DNA of 64,000 nucleotides from Camelus dromedarius (lineage: Eukaryota). A program made the translations under genes and the position numbers. Below are positions 12,732 through 26,475 of the stretch, piece after piece. Each line of letters starts with the position of its first letter. Positions within the stretch are counted from its first letter, which is position 1. Below the pieces are notes generated by a model. It was not told where the DNA came from and did no database searches. It saw only the letters and a program-made list of their open reading frames with translations. The stretch is from positions 91,452,001 through 91,516,000 of the forward strand of contig NC_087472.1 of the NCBI RefSeq assembly GCF_036321535.1, read 5' to 3'.

Positions 12732-13414
12732 TATGGTATTAACAGAATTAAGAAGGAATGAGCACTATTAGGCAATTTGATAGGATAAATGTTAATTAAA
12801 TTAATGCTATGAAACAAACTTCCTAGAGCAGATGTGGACAAATCAAAGTCAGGTAAATTTTAAACACCCATGTATCATTCCAGACATTCTCACATTATTT
12901 CCTGTTTTGTCCTTCAGTCTAGGATCCTCATAAGATGCAGTTTTTCATACAATTACTAGGCTATTCTTAAGCACAACTATGTCAGTTTATCAAACTAAAT
13001 AGCTATTGGTAAGGAAGAAGTCATTTACAGAAATTGGTTTCAAAACAGAAACAGAGAACCTACTGTGTACCAGTGAACCACTGGGTGTAGGGCATGCGAT
13101 CTGATATGGCAAATACATACATGCCCTCACAAGACTGATGTGTCTATTCCTAACTAGAAAGGTAAACCTTTGCTTAAACCTATATTACTTCAATCTTTAC
13201 TCAAAATATCTAAGAAGGAAAAGGCAGCTTTTTGTCCAAAGGTAGTCTTCTTTCTAGGACATGTTGTATAACCAAAGGGTTCGGTTGTATAAACAATGGG
13301 TTGGATTCTTCTTTTATTCCATCAACTATTCCAAAGTATAATGGAATTTATCTATTTATTGAATTGTTAGTACAAAATTTTACCTTAGTCTTTAATTAAA
13401 GACTAAACTCCAAA

Positions 13415-13850
13415 TTGCAGCAACATGGATGGACCTGGAAGTTGTCATTCTAAGTGAAGTAAGCCAGAAAGAGAAAAAATAATACCATATGGTATCACTT
13501 ATATGTGGAATCTAAAAAAAAAAGGAGACAAATGAACTGATTTATGAAACAGAAACAGACTCGCAGACATAGAAAACAAACTTATGGTTACCAGGGCAGG
13601 GGGTGGGGAAGGGTGTGAAGGGATAAATTGGGAGTTCAAGATTTGCAGATACTAACTACTATATATAAAATAGATAAACAACAAGCTTCTACTGTATAGC
13701 ACAGGGAACTATATTCAATATCTTGTAGTAACTTATGTGAAAAGGACTATATGTATGTTCATGTATGACTGAAGCATTATGCTGTACACCAGAAACTGAC
13801 ACAGCACTGTAAATATATATATAGCACTGACTAAAATTATATATATATAT
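13415..13850 (+). mobile_element. Lineage L1 3' end, with a (TA)n-like tail
   Basis: gcagcaacatggatggacctggaa...acagaaacagactcgcagacatag...tatagcacagggaactatattcaatatcttg...acaccagaaactgac. Confidence 0.9.
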
Positions 13851-14452
13851 AAACACATAGTTACCTGAAAATTGGCTCATATCTTCTTCTCAGCCCTAAT
13901 TTTTTTTAAAAGTAGATAGTACTAGTCATTTTAGTCTAAAGTTCTTCCTATAATTTATAGAATGCAGACCTGCTGACAAGGTATAAGTAGTAGCAGTTTC
14001 CAAATTCTTCTATTGAAACTTACCTGTTTCATTAAATGGCATGTTTAACTGGAGAAAATCCCTGGAATATATCTCTGGTCTTCGATTTTCCCCATGGCAA
14101 TTAACATGAATCTTATAAAGAGACTCCCTTTACATAGTAACCAGGCTATTAGCTAAACTAGATGATAATTTAAGTGCTTGCTTGAAGGTCGGGACTCAGT
14201 GGAAAGTGAACAAGCTGGACATAACTAGTGACAACTGATAAAAACCATAGTTACTCTTAGCGTCATTAAAATTCTCTCTCTCTGGCTAAAAAGACACTCC
14301 TACACTTGAGGCCAACTTATAGAATTTCTATCTCATGATGACAGAGAACGTATCAGCTTCCCAGAGTAACTAAGGTACAGGAAACTGTAGTTATTCATTT
14401 CCGTTAGTATGCACCAATGCATGCAAGCAAGGTTGTAGGACAAAATTAAATC

Positions 14453-14523
14453 TGTGCATGACTGGGACATTATGTTGTACACCAGAAATTGACATATTGT
14501 AACTGACTATACTTCAATTAAAA
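14453..14523 (+). mobile_element. Very short 5'-truncated L1 (about 70 bp)
   Basis: gcatgactgggacattatgttgtacaccagaaattgac...acttcaat plus A tail matches the L1 terminus at 24697-24757; TSD aaaattaaatc at 14442-14452 and 14524-14534. Confidence 0.85.
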
Positions 14524-16839
14524 AAAATTAAATCCAGGACTTTTCTGCTTTCTCAATTAGTAAGAGGAACAGCTAAAGTGTGTGTGTGTGTGTAAATTCT
14601 TCCATTTTGCAAAGACACATCTGGTATAAAAGAATCTGAAAGAAATCTATAACCAGCACTGCAACCCAAATAATAGTTTCTAATTATATAAAAAATAGGA
14701 AATAAAATAATGAAAACTGATTTATGTTGGAGGTAGTATATAGAAAAGTGCTGTGTTGAAAGAAACAAGTAAAAAGTATGAAGCTGAAACTACTTTTAAG
14801 GAAACTGAATTTTGTAGAATTTTTCATCAAGCTTAGATGTGTGGGAGAATAAAGGCTGTATGAAATCTCTTCAATTATTAAAAAGTATAATTCATTTTTT
14901 TTTCATTCAAACATGTCTTTGTTGCAACCGTATGAGGAATTTTATATTATAGCGGACTCCTAAGTAATGGGAACATTTTGCCTAAATCTAAAATAAAAGC
15001 TTTTATTTAGTGGCAGCATTAAGCCTTGATGGACAGCTGAATGTTACACAGATTTTTTTTTTAAGCCCTTGGCAGTGAACTAGGAGATCTTAAGAAAGAC
15101 TGAAATTGCCACTATAGACCTAAAAGAGATGTCTTTTACTCAAGTCCGGGGTCAACTTCAGTTATCTTGGGAAAATTTAAAGACTTTCCCCTCTTTTAAG
15201 AATGGACTATGGATAATTCTTAATGTTTTAAATTATAGCGTACTAAGTAAATACTAGTTTTACTATTTCTTTAATTTCACTAAACATTTATAACTGATAG
15301 TAAAAGAGTTTTCAGTGTTCTGACAAAAGTTTCTAAAGGTCATAGAATAAATCAGTTTTTCCCATTGAATAAAATCGCTTTACATGGGAAAAAAAATGGG
15401 CTATGGAAAGCAGGAGGAGGCAAGGAATTTTGAATACTGAGAGCTAACATTATGTAATACAATGATAGCCTTTTAAATATAAAGGTCAACAGGCAAAATT
15501 CCAGTCACTTCAATGAAAATCAACCATAATAAAATATAGCAAACTCTAGTTTTTCTGGTATTCTATCAACTAGAAATTCCTATTAAATAGGTTCTTCGAC
15601 ACAGATCATTGAAAACTGATATTCTCACTAGTGACCCTGAGGTCTTGAAACATCCCAGAAGTTTCCCCAAATTATCAAAGGAAGATGGTATAACTTCAGT
15701 ATCATTTAAATGTTAAACATATCTTGTAGGATTTAAATGCTTTTAAAATTGAGGATTCAAGTATGGCACAGAAGTATAGTGCCTTCAACTCAACAGATTA
15801 TTTTATGAGAAATATAATTTTAAAGTCACATATAGATTTAATATAGAAGTTCCTCTTGATATTTAATATAGATTTACTGAGCATCTATAATATGCAAGAA
15901 AGTATACTAGGTTATGTAAAAGCTACAAAAAGAACAGGACAAAGCCCCTCTGGCCCCCAGTATCTGATGAAACAGAAAGACATTCACACAGGTAACTACA
16001 ATAAAATATATCTTTAAATAAATATATTAAGGTATGTGTAAATAATTGCTGCAGAATCTCAGAAATGAATTAAGAACATCTTAAAATATCACTTGTCAAT
16101 ATAGACAATAGTAGTGATGTTGCATTATTTCATGTGAATACTATCTCATACACTCCAGTGGTTCAGATTTGCTCTGATGTGCAGACTAATAAAAGCCTTA
16201 GATTTATAATTTTAACATCTGCTATTTGATAATTGTTAACTCCCTGAAAGGAGGGACCAGATGTTTTAATTTGGGATATCTGTAGTCTAGTCGTATCCCA
16301 TTTATTTCCAGAGCTGATTTTCTGATTGGCTGTCTACAAAGGTATTCTCTTTCTCTGTGAACCACTGAACCCTCCCAAAGTTGTAAACTGCTTAAAAGAG
16401 GCCACAATTGCCAAATGGAGGAAGGACCTTCTTTAGTCATTAGCACACAGTACCTGTGTGCCCCTTTTAGAATGTTACTCCAAGCACTCAAGGAGCATCT
16501 GTTAGTTAACTCTATATACCTGGCATCTTAAATATCATACTTACTTTGTTGTATTTCTTTTGAGTTCTTGATTTTGCTATACCTTAGATGAATAATTGGA
16601 AATGTATAAAGGTCTGAGTAGCTTTGGAAACTTTTAACAGCTGAACTATATCTGCTTTCTAATTTTAGCTTTTAATTAAGATGGCCTCAACTTGTCAACT
16701 GATAACTTTTTCCAACAAAAATCCTTATTAACTGTAAGGAATTTCCTGGTACTTTGGTTCATGGAAAGGTTTCTATTTTTTTGCCAGTGGGTATGTTATA
16801 CAGTCTACTGTGATTTCTGTTAGGTGTCTATTAAAAACA

Positions 16840-17346
16840 GTGATGGATATTATGTCTAAACTTTTTGCTATGACTTTGTGTTCCTCTGTGGGCTCATTAT
16901 TCTCTGTTGGCTTTCATTCTCTGACCTTTTCTGATCTACTTTATGCCCCAAAGAGTCTGACTACTGTGAATGAAACGAATCTCCTGGGATCCTTTACTGG
17001 ATGGCTTCAGGATGGACTGGCCAACAGCAGATCAGAGATTAGGAGAAGAAAGAAAATGAGGTTAGAGTATTTCTTCTTTGTGTCATCCCTGCTTTGGCTA
17101 TAGTTCTGGTAGTAGCTGCATCCCTCCACATCTGTTGGCAAGATCTCTTCTTTAATTCCAATTCTTTTGGGCTCTGATTTTTTCCCCTACCCCTTTCAGC
17201 CCTATTGATGGTAATGGATTTACACTGTTGCTAGTTCCTGGGCACTACATCATGCCTAATTTCCCCCTTAACTCTGTATTAAAATCTCTTTATTTTGAAT
17301 CATGTTGGGGCAAATTCTGTTTCCTACTGGGATCCTGACAGATACA
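16840..17346 (+). mobile_element. ERVL LTR (LTR33-like)
   Basis: ccctttcagccc...ggtaatgg...ctgttgctagttcctggg...attaaaatctct...tctgtttcctactgggatcctgacagataca. Confidence 0.65.
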
Positions 17347-17619
17347 ACTTCTTTAAGAAGTGTTATAATCCCCAGGAAGAAAATATTAGGCTTTTATGAG
17401 AATCTTGTTTTCTACAAAACAAAACTTCAACATGATTGTTTAGTACACAAATGCAAGTTATTGTAATAAGTAAGATGAACAATGAACCACCAGGAGACTT
17501 AGGGAGTCATAAACAGTCATGCTTTCTTGGGGTTTTGTTACAGACTTCATTCTAGTCTTGCTACAGCTAGTCTCACCTAGACCTTTAAGCCCACTGATGC
17601 CAAAGGTAAGCAAGTTAAT

Positions 17620-18060
17620 TAGACATGGAGGTAATCATGTATTCCTCTGCTCAAAACTTTTCAAGGGCTTTCTATCATTCCAAATACCTACAAGGTCCTT
17701 CAGGACCTGCTTGCTGCCTACATGGCCACCATCAGCTCCAGACACTTCCCTTGTCACACTCAGTGGAGCCACTTAAGAGTTTTCTAAGCATTCTCTACTC
17801 TCCTATGCTGCTACAACTGGAACACTTATCTTATTTGGCTGCCTAAATCTCTGAGCTGTTTGCCTTGACTTCTCAAGATAGATTTAAGTGTTCCTTTTCC
17901 CATGCTTCCATGGTTATTTGAAGACTCTTCCATTATACTGTTTAAGTTACTGAAATTGTTGGTCCATTTGTCTGTCGCTCCACAAGACTTTAAGGTTCTT
18001 GAGGACCCTACATCTCTTCATCATTGAGTTTCCATGCCTAGCAATGTCTCACACATCACT
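17620..18060 (+). mobile_element. L2 3' fragment
   Basis: atcatgtattcctctgctcaaaacttttcaagggcttt...tttgtctgtcgctccacaagactttaaggttcttgagg. Confidence 0.6.
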
Positions 18061-18070
18061 GAAATTTGAT

Positions 18071-18251
18071 CAGTGGTTCTCAATCTTGGTTACATATTAG
18101 AATCACCTAGGGAGAATCTTTAAAAAAAATCTTGATGCCCAGGCCTTACTTCATCCAGTTGAATCAGAATCCATGAGGATGGGACTCCTGCAAGAGTATT
18201 TTTTTTTAATTTCCCAGGTGATTCCAATGTGTAGCTAAGGTTGAGAACTTA
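18071..18251. mobile_element. MER5A hAT MITE
   Basis: cagtggttctcaatcttgg...attagaatcacctaggg...gaatcagaatc...cccaggtgattccaatgtg...ggttgagaac, with terminal inverted repeats. Confidence 0.85.
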
Positions 18252-19568
18252 GGTGATAAATAGTTGTCAAATGAATGAGTCAGTAAGTGTTAAAGGAAAT
18301 GTAGAAGAAAGGAATATACCAGAATGTTTATAGTGATTTTCTCTGGTTAATGGGATAATTTGCTAGCTTTGCATTCTTTGTACTCACTAGATTTCCTACA
18401 ATGAATATATATCATTTTATTATTAGAAAAATAAATGTATTGTTAAGTGACTTTATCTATTAGAATCGTGAAACCTAACTGCTGCATGAATCATGGTATT
18501 TGGGGATTAAACCAAAGATTTTACTTATAAACCTTAGGCACATCACCTGATGTGTCTGTGTGTTCAAGAGTTTAAAAGGGCAAGTTCTTGCAGTCAGTGA
18601 CCTGTGTATTGCTCCATTCTCTATATTTACTGTTCAGTTCCACTGATCTTTTACAAAAGAAACTCATTCCAGGATTGAAGAGACAGTTTTAAATAATGGA
18701 CATCATCTCACTGCTTTCACATTTCATTTCAGAAATAGAGGATGGTGAACACACGTCCTTTGCCGGGGGCACTGTGGGATTTGAACAAAAAAACAAACTA
18801 AAACAAGAGAGGAAAACATTGTAATGATAATGACATAGTTTCATCAGCATTTAGACCATAAATATCAATTTTTTTTCTAATCTGAGAAAAATGTAGACAT
18901 TTTAAGAGGTGCTGAGGGATAAATACTGCTGGGCCTTTATGGGATGAAGATGGCTGATCTTTGACGATGTGCTCTAGGGACTGGGAATATTCATTGCCTA
19001 ACTTTTGGAGAAGGGGTGTGGTTTGGTTCACAGGGCACACTCCTTGGATACAGGATACAGTTGCAGAATGCAGGGACACCTTTTTGCTTTCTTAAATATG
19101 CTTTCATTAAATAAGTCTGTAGTGTGTGCTAGCCATTTTTTTAAAAATCTGATCAGCTTAGAGGTACGGTAGTAGTAGTAAAGATGTACTTAGTACAATT
19201 TTTCTGAGTTCCATTTATGGATTGTTCAGTTTAAAGAGAAGCATAGCCCAATTCTTTCGTTTTATATACAGAAACCATGGCCCTGAGCAAGGGAGCCGAC
19301 ATCCTGAAGTTACCTAGGAAGTTTGTGGCAGTATTCTGGATGCTGAAGTTCCAGACTAGGCTGTTTCAACAACAACATTCTCCCCAGGCAGGAAGTGATG
19401 CCACTGAGGGTCACACGCCCCTTGGGATGCTATAGTAGGTACACAGGTGGTGTGTGAGCATGCTCTCTTTCACTCAGTGGACTGTGTAGGGAAGGAAAAC
19501 ATCCATTAGAGCTCCATCTATTCCTTCTCCTGGGTGGGGATTTACTTAACAATAACTCCTTAATTTTC

Positions 19569-21261
<1,693 letters not shown>

Positions 21262-22538
21262 CCTTAATTTTCAATTTTACAATCTTTAAGTGTATAATTT
21301 TGCACAAGGTACCATCTTAGAGCTACAATAAAGAAGAAAACCAAGGCCTAAAGCCATTGGTGAGAGTATGTGTGAGGCTTTTCCCTTATATAATTGTGGT
21401 ATATGTGTGGTCTGGTCCATCATTAAGAGTAACAAAATGAATTAAAGAGGCATTTAACCTTTCTCAATATCAAGCGTTTTGAGGATTCTCACAGCCTTGG
21501 CCAAGTAATCTGTTGCAGAAGCAATGTCTACATACTTATAATGAAAGAAGCAAATTTTTCTCTGTCATTAAGAAACATGCATAGAATGCCTAATACTGTA
21601 TCTAGAACAGATTAGGCATGCAATATTTGTAGCTACTCCTAATAGTTAACAATCAGTTATCTTTTGAAGAGTGGCAACAGTGGAAGTGAACCAGTTTCTC
21701 TTAGCAACTACATATTGACAATATTATTTAAATTATGACTTAGAGGGGGTAAACTTCAGATATAGGCATCAATAGAGAAAAGTTGTGGTGAAGGGTTTTG
21801 CCAGAATGTGGAAACAAAATACTTAAATTAGCTCATAGGCTCCAAGATAAAAAGTCCACTATACTCCTTTAGGGATGAGAAACTCAAGGATGGAATGGGG
21901 CTACAGGTCAAAGACAATTAATTGTTCTAGAGCTCTGAGTTGAGCATGTTGGTTGAATAGTCTTGTTTTTTTCCCTAGAACCTTAGGTAATTTTTGTTGC
22001 TTTTTTATACAATCTTTATAACTGACCAGAACTAGACAAATCAATATTTTTTCTCTCCTCCCCCACCACCTTTCTCAAAGGTTGAAATGCTTTCTGGGTA
22101 AAAATACATGTTGTCCCAAGTAAAATTCTTTAACAGTCAGAAACATTATATGGAAACTAATTAGAGTGCTTTTCTATATTCAGAATATTTTCACAACAAT
22201 GGTTGTAAAATGATTTGTGTGTATGGGTTTTAAGTAAAGCATACCAAAGCTACAAAGAGCTAGAAAATCTTGACAGGTCACTGTATGAGTAAGATACTTT
22301 TTTTACACAGATAAAACAACTGAGGATCAGTTTATTCTTTAGTTTGTTACATGTATAGCAACTTAGATGATCATGTGGGCTAGTAGGAACAAGAGGGGCA
22401 GTTAGATAAATCATAATCATTGAAGCCTTTCTAACCAGGATTTAGACTGAATTGTCAAGAAGAAAAAGGCTAATTTTGGTACCTATGTCTGTTCACATTT
22501 GGAATTTGAGATTTAGTGATACTAAATGTAGAGGATAC

Positions 22539-24766
22539 AATAATACTCAATGGTGAAAAACTGAAAACCTTCCCACTAAAATCTGCAACAAGACAAGGAT
22601 GCCCACTTTCACCACTACTTTTCATCATAGGCTTAGAAGTCCTAGCCACAGCAATCAGGCAAGAAAAAGAAACAAAAGGGATCCAAATTGGAAGAGAAGA
22701 GGTAAAATTGTCACTATATGTGGATGACATGATACTATACACATAGAAAACCCTAAAAGCTCTACACAAAAACTACCAGAGCTGATAAAAGAATTTGGCA
22801 AGTTAGCAGGATACAAGATTAACATACAAAAATCAGTTGCATTTCTTTACACTAACAATGAATTAGCAGGAAAAGAAAGTAAAGAAACAATTCCTTTTAA
22901 AATAGTACCCAAAACAATAAAATACTTAGGAATAAATCTGACCAAGGAGGTGAAAGACTTATACATGGAGAACTAGAAAACACTGATTAAGGACATTAAA
23001 GATGATAAAGAAATGGGACGATATCCCAAGCTCTTGGATTGGAAGAATCAATATCGTTAAAATGGTCACACTGCCCAAAGCAATCTAGAGATTTAATGTG
23101 ATCCCTATCAAATTACCCAGGACATTTTTCACAGAACTGGAACAAGCAATTCTGAAATTTATATGGAATCACGAAAGACCCAGAATTGCTAAAGCAATAT
23201 TGAAGAAAAAAAAAAAAAGAACAAAGCTGGAGGAATAACCCTCCCAGACTTCAGACAATACTACAGAGGAGCAGTAATCAAAACAACATGATATTGGCAT
23301 AAAAACAGACATATGGATCAGTGGAACAGAATAGAGAGTCCAGAAGTAAACCCACAGACATATAATCAATTAATCTTCGACAAAGGAGGCAAGAATATAC
23401 AATGGAGGAAAGAGTCTCTTCAGCAAGTGGTGTTGGGAAAACTGGATAGCACCATGTAAATCAATGAAGTTAGAACACTCCCTCACTCCATACACAGAAA
23501 TAAACTCAAAATGGCTTAAAGACTTAAATACAAGACAAGACACAATAAACTTCCTAGAAGAAAACATAGGGAAAACATTCTCTGACATAAATCTTAGCAA
23601 TGTTCTCCTAGGGCAGTCTACCCAGGCAATAGAAATAAAAACAAAAATAAACAAATGGGATCTAATTAAACTTACAAGCTTTTGCACAGCAAAAGAAATC
23701 ATAAGCAAAACAAAACAACAACCTACAGAATAGGAGAAAATATTTGCAAAAGATGCAACTGACAAAGGTTTAATTTCCAGAATATATAAACAGCTCATAT
23801 GACTTACTAACAAAAAAACAAACACAATCCAAAAATGAGCAGAAAACCTAAACAAGCAATTCTCCAATGAAGACATACAAATGGCCAAGAGGCACATGAA
23901 ACAATGCTCATCATTGCTAATTATCAGAGAAATGTATATCAAAACTACAATGAGGTATCATCTCATACCAGTCAGAATGGCCACCATTCAAAAGTCCATG
24001 AACGATAAATGCTCAAGAGGGTGTGGAGAAAAAGGAACCCTCCTACATTGTTGGTGGGAATGTTGGTTGGTGCAGTCATTATGGAAAACAGTATGGAGAT
24101 TGCTCAAAAAACTAAAAATAGACTTAGCATATGATCCAGCAATCCCACTCCTGGGCATATGTTCAAAGGGAACTCTAATTCGAAAAGATACATGTACCCC
24201 AATGTTCATAGCAGCACTATATACAATAGCTAAGACATGGAAACAACCTAAATGTCCATCAACACAGGACTGGATAAAGAAGCTGTCGTATATTTATACA
24301 ATGAAATACTACTCAGCCATAAAACAGAATAAAATAATGCCATTTGCAGCAACATGGATAGAACTAGAGATGTCATTCTAAGTGAAGTAATCCAGAAAGA
24401 GAAAGAAAAAAAACATATGATATCACTCATATGTGGAATCTAAAAAAAAAAAAAAGTGAAAAAAAGGACACTAATGAACTCATCTACAAAACAGAAACAG
24501 ACTCCCGGACATAGTAATCTTATGTTTATCGAGGGAAAGGAGAGATAAATTTGGGAGTTTCAGATTTACAAATATTAGTCACTATACATAAAAATAGATT
24601 TTAAAAAGTTTCTGCTATATAGCACAGGGAACTATGTTCAATATCTTGTAATAACCTTTAATGAAAAAAATGAAAATGAATGTATGTATGTATATGCATG
24701 ACTAGGACACTGCTGTACACCAGAAATTGACACATGTAACTGATGGTACTTCAATAAAAAAAAAAA
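22539..24766 (+). mobile_element. 5'-truncated young L1: ORF2 RT-to-C-terminus remnant, 3'UTR and poly(A)
   Basis: Translations include [23 protein letters not shown] and HCWWEC; broken by stops and frameshifts; imperfect 15-bp TSD aaatgtagaggatac (22524-22538) / aaacgtagagaatac (24767-24781). Confidence 0.95.
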
Positions 24767-25177
24767 AAACGTAGAGAATACCAAAGTGAGTAAGAACCAG
24801 TCCCTGATCCTAAGTTGTTTACTGTTGAGAAGGAAAGATAAGGCATGATTATGTCATCAATATATCCTGCTTGACTAGCTTAGTTACAAAATGAGGTTAC
24901 ATTTCTTTTAAATGTCTAATATAACTATCTCATATTCATTAACTTCTTAGACAGTGCTGGGCATTGAATAAATGATAAAAGTTTGTGATTTGGTTATTAT
25001 CTGTTTATCTCATACTATAACTGGCTATATACAACTAGGTTTTCTCTGACAGGATAAAGTGAGTTTAAAGGTTTATCCTGTACCTTCTAACATATTAGCT
25101 GCTGTATTCTTCTTGAGTGAAGCAATTGAGCAGTGAAATACTTAAGGGGAAGTTTCTTAATTCAAAAAGAATCAGAC

Positions 25178-25700
25178 CAAGATATGTAAACAACCTAAAT
25201 GTGCATCAACAGATGAATAAGTATAGAAGATATGGTATATAAATACACAGTGGAGCTATTATTCAGAGAAAGAAAGTGATTCTGCCATCTGTGACAAAAG
25301 GGATGGACCATGAGGGCATTATGCTAAGTGGTGAGATAAGTCAGAGAAAGACAAGTGCTATATGGTATCACTTATATGCGGAATCTAAAAAGGTCAAACT
25401 TGTTAAAAAAAAAAAAACCAACAGAGAGCAAAATGGTGGTTACCAGGGGATGGGGTGGGGGAGATAAGACTGATATTGTTTAAGGGTACAAACTTGCAAT
25501 GAACAGAAAATAAGCCATAGAGATCTGATGTTCAGTATAATGAATAAAGACAACAATATTGTTCTATAATTATGTAATGTGGTAAGTATCACTACAATGA
25601 CCATCATAATACAATATATAAATGTATCAAAGTAACACACTGTATACTTTAAATTTACAGTTGTATGTCAAATATACTCAACAAGAAGATTAAAATAAGA
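25178..25700 (+). mobile_element. Older L1 (L1MA-like) 3' end
   Basis: aacaacctaaatgtgcatcaacagatgaata...gagggcattatgctaagtg...tatcacttatatgcggaatctaaaaa. Confidence 0.8.
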
Positions 25701-26249
25701 AAAATTACTTATGTGTAGCTCAAAAACAGAGAAAACAAAATTCTCGGTGTATCACTTATTACAAAACCCAGCAAGAAAAAGGCAACCTTTTTACTGTCTA
25801 AGAATAAAATCTCAATTCTCTGATAAGACTTTCTCTTCTCCTTTAAGTTTTAGAATTCTTCCAAGCAACAGCTCCTTTCCAAATGTTTTTGCATCTTTCT
25901 GTGTTATGGTCAATGTTTTATTCTATTTAATGTAGCTTATTTGTGAACAGTCTATGGGATCTTAGCTGAATTTTGAACCTAGTTTTAAAAAGCAAAGGGT
26001 TAGTTGACAAAATAAAGCTCCAAGTCATTTGAATGTGCCTTTCTCAGAATTTCACTGATAGAGTGAGACAAAGACTATAAATAAGCAGAGGAAACAATTA
26101 AAACAGGAAGACCAAGGACATTATTTTTACCGAGACAAAACTGAGTATGCAACTATGCAACATGCACACAATTCTTCGTCTTACAGCTTTTTATTCAGTT
26201 TTCTAACTGTATATTCTTCACAATGAATTTCAATGAACAAAATATGTCT

Positions 26250-26475
26250 TTTTCCAGCTTTACTGAGATATAAATGACATATAGTATTATGTAAGTTTAA
26301 GGTATACAATGTGCTCACTTGATATACTTACAGATTGCAAAATGGTTACCACCATAGCTTAGTCAACCATCTCCACCATGTCACATAATTACTATCTCTT
26401 CTTTGAGGTGAGAACATTTAAGATTTACTCTCTTAGCAACTTTCAAGTGTATATAATACAGGATTATTAGCTACA
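26250..26475 (-). mobile_element. L1 3' end fragment
   Basis: ccagctttactgagatataa...gtttaaggtatacaatgtg...tgagaacatttaagatttactctcttagcaactttcaagt. Confidence 0.8.

Noticed and set aside
22516..24430. Reverse-transcriptase-like ORFs as a possible active or novel retroelement system
   Set aside because: Ordinary L1 ORF2 fragments: 5'-truncated, no ORF1, promoter or endonuclease, with multiple stops and frameshifts. The hydrophobic minus-strand ORFs are L1 antisense shadows.
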